Both the position numbers and the translations under genes were made by a program. The notes under the pieces are model-generated. The model was not told the origin of the DNA. It was given only the letters and a program-made list of their open reading frames with translations, and ran no database searches. Positions 54,190 through 64,000 of a stretch of DNA of 64,000 nt are shown one piece after another. Numbering within the stretch: the first letter of the stretch is position 1; each line of letters starts with the position of its first letter. The DNA is from Octopus vulgaris (Eukaryota), in contig OX597819.1 in assembly GCA_951406725.2 (NCBI GenBank), forward strand, positions 75,082,001 through 75,146,000. Reading direction: 5' to 3'.

Positions 54190-55340
54190 ATCACTTTGAT
54201 CACCTTGACCGACCAGTCCGTCAGGCGTCCATTTGATACCGCTGGTCACAGCATGCTGTCCACTCCTCTCTGGATCGCGCCTTTCTCATCCACGTGATCC
54301 CAATCGTCCTCCTGAAATCGGTCTTCCGGGTGGTCTTTTTCCGCTCGCGCGGGTACCACTCGACAACTGCGTGCGTCCACCGATTATCGGTGAGCCGGGC
54401 GACGTGTCCAGCCCATCTATACTTGCTGCGTGTATACTCTGCGATGACATCTCTCACGCCGGACTTCTTTCTGATGATCTCGCTACTGATGTGCTCTCTC
54501 AACGAGATACCAAGCATTGACCTTTCCATGGCTCTTTGAGCCGTTACCAGTATCTGCTCTTCTCTCTTTGTGGTAGCCCATGTTTCACTACCATATAACA
54601 TTGCAGGCAGAACTGCACTGTTAATGAGGTTGGCGCGGGTGGTCCTGTCCAACCTTCCCTTGAGCACATCCCTTATGCCATTAAACGCCTTCCATCCGGC
54701 CCTTACTCTCCGTAAGATCTCCTTTTCGATATCTCGGCACATATTTACTTCCTGTCCCAGGTAGACATATTCCCTTACCTCCTCTATTTCATCACTGCCG
54801 ATCACCATTCGACCTGTTGGTACGTTGTCTGACCGCATGAACTTTGTTTTCATGCGGTTCATCTTGAGACCTACTGCAGAGCTTTTGATGTCGAGCTCCG
54901 TCAGCATGGTCTGAAGCTGATCCGTGTTTTCAGCGATGAGTACGATGTCGTCAGCGAAACGGAGGTGGGTGAGGAGCTCGCCATTGATGTTGACACCACC
55001 TTGCCAGTCGATGCCTCTGATGATCTGTTCGAGATATGCAGTGAAAAGTTTTGGGGAGATTGTATCTCCTTGCTTCACTCACTTCTCGGCCGGCACTCGT
55101 ATGGGTGATGACAGTAGAGCTATGTCGGTGGTGCATCCGGAATTTGCCTCTCTGAGCAGCTGCACATATTGCGCTTCGACTCCTTAGGCTTCCGGAAAAA
55201 CTACAGCACGATGGACCATATATTTAGTCTAACGCAACTGCTTGAGCGAGCAAATGAGTACAAGCTGCATCTTTGCGTTGCGTTTATAGACTATGAGAAG
55301 GCCTTCGATAGCGTCGAAACCAATGCAGTGCTGAACTCGC

Positions 55341-55344
<4 letters not shown>
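54190..55344 (-). mobile_element. RTE-clade non-LTR retrotransposon, 5'-truncated with inverted 5' segment (55186-55344), inserted in (TA)n
   Basis: KQGDTISPKLF, LRFADDIVL, YVYLGQ, LYGSETW, RWAGHVAR on minus; GFRKNYST.DHI..FIDYEKAFDSV on plus. Confidence 0.93.
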
Positions 55345-55397
<53 letters not shown>

Positions 55398-55643
55398 TGC
55401 AAAATGCTGCTCCTCTAAATAGAAACCTTACTTGTCATTGTGATTTTGTGGCCCGAAGCAAAGCAGGCCTTGCCGTCCACTCAAGACAATACATAGTAAA
55501 TAATTCACAAGTACTCAAGCAAACTGAGTCCTCAACAAGTTCCTTTGTCAAAAGCTTTGCAAGATACCAGTAGGTCTAAAGAGACACATTCGTGTCCATA
55601 GGACATGATTACTGCTTTATTTTACTGAACCCTCATTTTTATA

Positions 55644-55862
55644 CAGAGTCCGCTAAAAAATGTGTTCACACTTCAGGAAAGGAAACATGTAAATCTGTGT
55701 ATACACTTAACTTGTATAAGTACCTCTTTAAATATAAATACCTCTTTCGGTGTTTTATCGAATTGCAATAACACCGAATAAATTGCGATTACACTGAATT
55801 AAAATATTTATACAGATTTTTCCTTTCCTGAAGCGTATATACATTTTTGGGGGCGGACTGTG
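55644..55862. mobile_element. Tc1/mariner-type MITE
   Basis: TIRs cagagtccgc..aaaatgt..cttcaggaaagg / cctttcctgaag..acatttttgg..gcggactgtg; TA on the left flank. Confidence 0.8.
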
Positions 55863-55917
55863 TGTATGCATATATGCATATATATATTTACAAACATATA
55901 CATATACATACATTTAC

Positions 55918-55991
<74 letters not shown>

Positions 55992-56089
55992 AAAAAATGA
56001 AGTTTGAAAATGCTGCTATATTAGACAAATTTAAATTTAAATTTAACATGTTTCGGTTCTTGAAATGACGAACCTTATCAAAAAAGATT

Positions 56090-56285
56090 ATATATAATAA
56101 AGAGAGTCCATGCTATATGTTTAAAGAGTATGATGTAATAGTTCATAATTGTGACATATATTCAATAGAGTCAAATATAACAAATTCATATATAATAAAG
56201 ATAGTCCATGCTATATGTTTAAAGAGTATGATGTAGTAGTTCATAATTGTGACATACATTCAATAGTCAAATATAAAAAATTCAT
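56090..56285. repeat. Tandem duplication, ~98-bp unit x2
   Basis: atataataaa..gtccatgctatatgtttaaagagtatgatgta..caaatataa..aaattc occurs twice. Confidence 0.92.
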
Positions 56286-56444
56286 GTTCTTGAAAAGGCG
56301 AGGAGTTCATTTTAGATTTTACCTTGTGTTCCAATGGGAGCAACAGTAATGATCTTTGGTTGGTGTCTGCTCACATAATTTTGGTGAATTTTGTGATTGC
56401 TGGATTTATATTAGCTCAGCTAAGCTGTGGTCACTTGCACTTTT

Positions 56445-56835
56445 CACTGACGTCATATAGTTCCAAACCAATCAAAACCCAGTCTCAACGAATATAGTGA
56501 AAAGACTCCTAACTGTATCCTGTTAGGAAACCAACCAAGCGGAACGACAGTTTGGCCACGGGAGAAATACGTCATCATTTTTTTTACGAATTAGTGCTGA
56601 CCCATGACTGTATCCTGTTAGGTGGCTAGTCCAGCAGAACGAGACGTCATCAATGTTTTGACCAATCAGAATCGGGTCTGAGGTGGCTAGTCCAGCAGAA
56701 CGAGACGTTATCAATGTTTTGACCAATCAGAATCGGGTCTGACCCATAGCTGTATCGTGTGGGGAAACAGACCAAGCAGGGTGACAGTAGCTTGACCACT
56801 GAGGTAATACATCATCAGTTTTTTGACGAATCAGG
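56445..56835. repeat. Degenerate tandem array carrying GACGTCA and CCAATCA motifs
   Basis: Near-exact ~60-bp duplication 56621-56741; ctgtatc(c/g)tgt occurs three times. Confidence 0.8.
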
Positions 56836-59504
56836 ATTAGATCTGCTCGTAGAGAAAGAGATCTTTTTATAAATTTTTCCTTCCCTATATATATATATAT
56901 ATACTTATATTTACATATATATATACATATATTGACATACATACATACATAATACATACATCCATACATTTACATACATACATACATTTACATACACACA
57001 TACATACATACACACATACATGCATACATTTACATACACACATACATACATACACACATACATGCATACATTTACATACACACATACATACATACATACA
57101 TACAATGTATGTATATATTTAGATACATATATACATATACATATATATATACATATGTATGTATGTACATACATAAATACATACATACATACATACATAT
57201 ATACATACATACATATATATATATACACACACACACATACACATGGCTGGCTCTCTGGCTGGATGGATGTGTAGATGGATATCTTGAAATGAAATAAAGT
57301 AGCAATCACACTAAAGACAGTACCCGAGTATGTCCATGGCTGAAACAAGTAAAAGAAGTGAAAGTATACTTACATATGTACATTCATACAAGACAGCATT
57401 GAAATGTGTCACGTTGGTATAGGGGACTATTCATTCTTTGGTGTATCAAATAGTTTTCACTAAAACTTTTTCTATTAATACAAACCTGGCAAAACAATAA
57501 AAGAGAAAGAAAACAGTTAGTTACATACTTTGAACAGATGTGAAGAAACGCCTTTTTAGAGAAGGTCATCGTAGTAATCAACCAGTGAAATTCAACTGAA
57601 AATAACACACAAGTTCTTCTACTACATACGACATGGTAAGACATGAAATCGCGGTCAGCTATCGTTTGTCGCAGAACTTTCAAGAGAGATTCTCATGGAC
57701 TGTTGAATTAATCAAGATTTGTAAAAACTCTACAAGAAAATTATGGAGTTAATCTCGATCAGTTACTTGAAGAGGTCAAATTTCTGCTGAGTTGTAAAAT
57801 ATGCCAGCTACTAACCTTTCGGTGTGAAACAGTTACACCAGAAAGCTATGTTCGTGGCGAAGAAATATGCTAGTTTATCAAGTAAAATCAACTCCCAAAA
57901 TCTCAGCAAATAACACTATCAACAGACCAGCAGAATCTACTCGCGTAAAAAAAAAAAATAAATAAAACTTTCTATAAGTTTTAGATATGACTACTGTCAT
58001 TGCACGGGTACACTTGTCGTTGCACAGGTTCAATCTAATAGAAATGTGTATATGATACAAGCTGCACGTGAAGATTGCAGCAAGACTTAATCAGAGTTTC
58101 ACATTTACATCAATAAGCCTCTAAATGAAAGAATGATAACGAGCCGATAGAAAAACCTACTGACTTGGTAGTATCTGTGATCCAAATCGAGATGTTAAGA
58201 AGACCGAGCACAAACAGAAGCTCCCGACTTTTGGATATTGAATGTCCTACTGTAATGTGTTGTAATTGCTATTTGCCAACAGATGGAAGTAATAAAAGAT
58301 AGATTGAAATGATAACACGCAACCAAAATGTTGCACTACTCTTCCCTCCTCTTTCTCTCTCTCTCTCTCTCTCTCTCAAAAAAGAAAAAAAATCGATAGA
58401 CTCATGGAAAAGATTCGGACAGTTAAATATTATCATTAGATTCAAAGCGAATAATGAATTCCCGAACCAATAACTACGACTTCGTGATAAGCTATCCAAA
58501 GCCTACAGAAACTTCCGACGAGAGACACCCACCTAGAAAAATAATTATCACTAAACCACTAACTGGGAGTGGTCAATCAAAAGCTTTATTGTAAGAAATG
58601 ACAAGAACGCAGGATTATCAGCAGTAAGTTTGCATTAAGACTACAAACTACATGGGAGACTATACCATCAAATTTGAAAATGCTCCGCCTCGTTATTATT
58701 TGGAGTCAATATGTATGCGAAGGGGGCTAGAATTTAAATAAGTAACACAACAGCGGTGCGTTATGCGTTAACGAGTTACGGAGTGAATACTGTGCAAGCA
58801 TCTCTTCTAAAACTCTCCTAACATTTGTTGCCAATCTACCGAATGGAAACATCATACGGGAGAGATGTGTAAGTCAGTTATAGGAATAAGGAAACTCATA
58901 TTCTATAGTGAAGCTCTCGTTATAACAAAAAAAAAGAAAGAAAAAAGAAAAAAAGGCACTGGATTCGATGTGCCAGACGGTTTGACAGTTCCGTGGACAA
59001 CACTAGTGTTAAGGAGCCAAGAGACATAAGTGGCCAAAAATTAAAAATCCATAGCACGCTTAAATGTTATTTATTAACAGTACATCAATGTAGTAATACT
59101 GAAGTCTATTGAACCTATGGCTACAGTATGACTAGCGTTTAAGAAAGCGCTTGACTCTACTCTTCAATCATGAATAGTAACTTCTGGTTTTCGTAAGTGC
59201 ATGTGTCTAGGTGTACATTCATACTCGCATGATTACTCAGGAAATGGGTGACGCTGGTTGTTGCCATTAACAACTCGAAATGAGCCTGAAGTCAAAGATC
59301 TTTAAATATAATCTCTCTAGTACCGTTTTGATCTTGTTTGATGCCAGCCAACCGCTCGTTAACAAAGAATAGCCAGAGGAAATGTCAACTATTTTGTTTC
59401 AATCAGCTGAAAAATAACAAAAACTGCAACAAATGAACAAGCATGAATTTTAAGAATACATGTTAGAGAGTCGGTTTGCCTGAAGACTAAATTTTCAAGA
59501 TAAT

Positions 59505-59672
59505 CATAGAACTGGCAGAATTGTTAGCACACTAGACAAAGCACTTAGCAGCATTATGTTCTTCCCTACGTTCTGAATTCAAATACCGCTAAAGCCGACT
59601 TTGTCGTTCATCTTTTCTGGGTCGACTAGCCCCCTCCCCCAAAATTTCAGGCTTTGTGCCTATAGCAAAAAG
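59505..59672 (+). mobile_element. SINE family A, tail B, internally deleted
   Basis: gaactggcagaattgttagcac..aaatttcaggctttgtgcctatag. Confidence 0.8.
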
Positions 59673-59679
59673 GTACCAG

Positions 59680-59848
59680 ACAAGGATTCTGGATTATTTT
59701 TCCGTTTTTTTTTTTTCACTTAATTTTTGAGAACGGTCGGGTTCATTTTTAGTATTCTCGTTTGTGAGAGCAGTCGAATTTATTTAAGATATTCTCATTT
59801 TAAAAATCATCCCCGGCTAATCGTTGGTGTTGCCTTGACGGAGGTTTA
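59680..59848 (+). mobile_element. 3' half of the HINE-like element
   Basis: Nearly identical to 49640-49812. Confidence 0.8.
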
Positions 59849-59959
59849 TGTCACAGGCGGTTCGAGTTGTTTTTTGTCATGTTAGACGTTAGTCATAGTG
59901 TTAAATATTTGTTCGATTGATTGTTACTGTTCAATTGTTGCAAGTATTATTTTGAATTG

Positions 59960-61525
59960 TTGTTCCTTCCCATTGTGGGAAAAATGGAATAAACACCAGC
60001 AAGTGGCCACAGCTATGCGGCTGCAACTGGAAAAGGGATAGACGTGGTTGAACCTCGAAAAATAAAGGAATGCGAGAAGTTGCTGGAAAGAGACGGAAAT
60101 ACACTGAAATTAACGCCGCCAGTGGATCTAACAACCAATGTAATGAAAAAAACGGTGACAGACACCTCCTCTTCAGCTCTATTTTTCTTTTCAAATGAAA
60201 AGCAAAATACCTTTGTAAGGCAAGGCCAGAAACGAAGCTGCCTGTCTTTACTCCTGTCATCCTTGTCTTCCTCTTTCGCTATTGCTACTACGATGAGAAA
60301 ACAATTCTTACCTTCATTTAATAATAAACTCGGGTGGGTCAATTTTTATAATTGACCCAGTCGATAGCTGGCTTCTCCTTGTACCAGACAACAGGTGTTC
60401 TGCATAAGCCCACATCTCCGACACCTCCGGACACTGGACAATAGCGTGCGGTACGGTTTCCCTATCCCGCTAACATCTTGGGCAGGTCGGAGAGTTGCAT
60501 TGACCATGTCTTGCAAGCTTATCCCGAACGGGCAAGGCATTTCTGTAATATTGCCAGGTCAAGGACTTTTGGAAGTTATCCAGCGTCCTCAACCCGAACG
60601 TACGAAAAAACAGGCTGTCAAGTTGAATAAATCCGAGACTCTGAGTATCCCCCAGGCCATCGTCGCATTCAGCCTCTACCAACCCTCTATAGAAAAATGC
60701 TGTAGAAACCCCACCGCTGGCATTACTCGAGCGACGGAATAGCAGGAGTGCCTTGCGGTACTCCGTATGCCACACACTCAACCTTGATCTACGAAAGCAC
60801 CAAGCTTCCCGTCCACCGAAACTAGCGAACGAAGGAAACATCCGTTTCGCCAGCGGAGACCACACCCGTTCACCATTCAGAAGATTCCAGAGATGCTTCA
60901 ACCTCAACGTATATTTGCGCATCATTAGCCAAGGCATACCTAGTCCTCCCTTTAACGGTCTTTGACAGCAAATAGAGCGTCTTACAAGTGGCTTCGAGCC
61001 CTTCCACAAAAAGCGAAAGAGCTGTCTTTCCAACTTGATCAACCAGGAATCCGGGCAAGGGACGATGATTAGGCGGTAGATAATAACCGATGCGATAAAC
61101 ACATTGGCTACCTCCGCCCTCCCTTTCAGAGGTAGCCACCGCCAAGACTAGGTCTTGACTGTGTGTGCCATCCCAGCCAGTTCTTCTCTACCGGGAGGTC
61201 TGGACCAAACCAGATCCCTACCAACTTAACCGGTTCCTCCGTCCAACGTCCTACGACGCTGTCTGAAGGCATCGACTTGCCCCTCCAGGTACCGAGTTGC
61301 AAGCCGACCGATTTTTCCCGGTTAATTTTTGCTCCTGCCACCTCAATGGCCTTGCCTACCTCCTGTAGGTATTCCATTTTGTTCGCACTGATGGTGATGT
61401 CATCCGCGTAAGCTGAAACCGACTCTCCACATCCTGGTTCTCTCGGTATGCCACTCAACTTACGCAGTAACGGCTCAAGAGCCATCACATACAAAAGCGG
61501 TGAGAGCGGTTAACCCTTGGCACAT
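59960..61525 (-). mobile_element. Tx1/L1-clade retrotransposon fragment (RT to zf-RVT), degenerate
   Basis: QG*PLSPLLYVMALEPLL, AYADDIT, KINREKS, GGLGMP, FQKSLTW..ALPVRDKL, CPRC. Confidence 0.9.
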
Positions 61526-61965
61526 TGAGAAATGGGCAAGGCAACTACTACCACAATTTTTAATCTTTCCATTTTACCAATGTGCTATCGGAACACCAAC
61601 ACAAATTAGACTAAACAAGGAAACATTCTTCATTGAAAAATACAAGCCCAAACTTAACCATTCCAACATTCTTATACAGAGAAACTCACCCCCCAAAAAA
61701 GGCAAGAAATATTAAGCGATTATCTCCCTTACACCGGAAGAAATCACTTATTACCTCCCCTTATCTGGAACTCTTCTTTACAGTTCTCAACGAAAACATA
61801 ACGATGTAAGAAATTTGAAAAGCTGAACGCGAAACCGGTCATTTCTTCAAAAACTATGTCATTGTATGAAAAAATTTATAACATTCTTCAGACATAATGA
61901 CTCAAATATATATTTTTTAACCTTTTAAAACAAGCCTTCTGTAGTTTTTTCACTTTTTACTATTT
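61521..61965 (+). mobile_element. Penelope-like 3' fragment (GIY-YIG C-terminus + pLTR with degenerate hammerhead 61808-61847)
   Basis: HIEK..FLIFPFYQ..RLNKETFFIEKYKPKLN; aagaaat|ttgaaaa|gc..gc|GAAAC-cg-GTC|atttctt. Confidence 0.7.
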
Positions 61966-62127
61966 TCTATATATATATATATATAGGTAAATGTCGAACG
62001 ATGAAATGAATTCTCAACACCGTATTGGTGGATATATAATTTCCTTATTTGTGAATTAAGACTACCATTGGTTTGATGTTAAGAAAAGTAGAAAAATTTC
62101 AAATCGATTACATGGAGAAAAGTAGAG

Positions 62128-62422
62128 GTTCAGCAAAAGGAACTGATAGAATAAGTACTAGGCTTACAAAGAATAAGTCCTAGGGTCGATTTCTTCCACT
62201 ATAACCCTTTAAGGCGGTGCTCTACCATGGCCACAGTCAAATGACTGAAGCAAGTAAAAGAATAAAAACTGCGCGCGCGCGTGTCTGTGTCTTTGCGTTC
62301 CCGTAACTTAGCGGTTCGATAAGTACCGGAGGTAATTCATTCGACTAAAATCCTTCAAAGTTGTGTCCCTGCATGGCTGCAGTCCAATCACTGAATCTGG
62401 TAAAAGATAAAAAATAAAAAGG
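62128..62422 (+). mobile_element. Two SINE family B 3' fragments
   Basis: gatagaataagtactaggcttacaaagaataagtcc; catggc..cagtc..actgaa. Confidence 0.8.
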
Positions 62423-63482
62423 ATCGCAAAAACATAACCCTAAAAATGGTATTGCTTACGAGTCCAAGAAAGGATACCATTCCTTTTCTGAGTATCATTC
62501 TAAAGTTCTGGAAAACATGTATGTATAACTTCATACCAGTATGTTGAAGTAAGTTCGTTCGGCATAGCTGAGGTCGCCTAAGATACTTTCAGGACCTGAG
62601 CGCTTTTGTATTCATTCCTAGTTCGTGATGTTGCTGACCGCAGTTTTATGCACTAGGTTGATATGATTGTTATTACTGGTGTTGTTTAGCAGGTGCTTGC
62701 GGAGTGATGATCAGGTATGTGTATGAGTAAATGTTCTGGGTAGGCATGATTAAGGTAGATTGTCAAATACTCACTCACTCACACACATACACATTTCTCT
62801 CTCTTTCAGTGTCACTATCTCTCTTCCTCTCTGAATGCACACACACACACACACACACATATACGCATGCTCACAGACATGTATACACGTATAGAAACAA
62901 AACGAATTTTAATTCGGTGTAACCACGTCGAGTAAACAAATACAAACACCTCTATGTATGCAACATGTAAAAATGTTTCTAGTTTTATACAGTTGTGTTT
63001 ACATTACAGAGAGAGAGAGGGGGGGGGAGAGGGGAGAGAAAGAGAGACAGACAGACAGACAGACAGACATACTGACAGAGACAGAGGTAGAGAGACAGAG
63101 ACAGACAGAGATTATGTACTTTTAATTCGATCATGTTGCTAAAAAGATTCCTCTCTGTGGCTCTATACAATCGCTGGACCAACAAGAAATAAGCAGCCGC
63201 CGGCGCCACCAGCACCACCAGCACCACCACTACCAGCAGCAGCACCACCACCACCACTACCCACCTTTTAAAAACGCAAGTATTATATTATCATTAAATA
63301 ATATAGAATTAGCTACTTCTAAAAAAGCAGGATGACACGGTTGGAATGGCCTTGATCATAAGTTTGCTCAATCATGTCATGGTTGACCAAAGTTTAAGAA
63401 AAACAACTTAAAATGTTTTTATATTCTGACAGCTCCCGATGATTGGCACATTCCACCTATTTATAAGCTAGCTACTGTAACA

Positions 63483-63513
<31 letters not shown>

Positions 63514-64000
63514 TGTATGTATGTATGTATGTATGTATGTATGTATGTATGTATTCATCAATTTATATGTAACAAATAAATGAGCGGAAAAATATTCATT
63601 GATATGGCCTTTATTTTATCGTTACAGTTTTTTATACACAGACTAGTTTTAGTTCTGTAGTCCATTCTGCAGGTGGTTAAGTTAATTTGTGAGTGACTGC
63701 TAGAAGATGGATGGAAGAAAGGAAGAGAAAGAGTAAGAGAATATACCTTTCTCTGTGTTGACAAGTAGCGAGGGTGAAAGTTCTGTAGCCCCGCTGTAAC
63801 AAGCCATATGTGAAGTGTTCCTTTTGACTAGGAGCTAATCGAAAGAGGTAGAACCAAGTTTGGGTTCCGTATTTATATTTTTTCTAAATGAATTAGGTCG
63901 GGCTAAACAAAGGATCTTTCGTCTGTTATATGTCTTGACCTAGATTTGACTTGAAATGACCGCAGGGAAACAGATGACACTCATAAATTTCCTGGTGCAA

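Noticed and set aside
56510-56835. Repeat-spacer pattern resembling CRISPR
   Set aside because: Eukaryotic context, degenerate tandem units without unique regular spacers, no cas genes

Overview
Eukaryotic, repeat-saturated non-coding DNA. The microsatellite spectrum and tRNA-derived SINE families look like an octopod cephalopod (Octopus) genome, which is an inference from repeat content. I found no convincing host protein-coding gene; most listed ORFs are translations of microsatellites. The window holds decayed or 5'-truncated non-LTR retrotransposons (three Tx1/L1-clade, three R4/Dong-type, one Hero, one RTE with an inversion, one CR1-like remnant), several Penelope-like (GIY-YIG) fragments, a Tc1 pseudogene, MITEs, a Helentron/HINE-like element and two SINE superfamilies. 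Four things stand out: (1) a ~390-bp fold-back whose tip is a near-canonical type I hammerhead ribozyme (13419-13810); (2) about ten further intact or degenerate minimal hammerhead motifs in distinct sequence contexts; (3) a SINE subfamily whose 3' tail matches a young Tx1 LINE inserted in (GATA)n with a 16-bp TSD; (4) a splice-bounded, GC-rich exon-like cargo inside a Penelope-like element. All family calls come from motif recognition by eye, and boundaries of degenerate elements are approximate.
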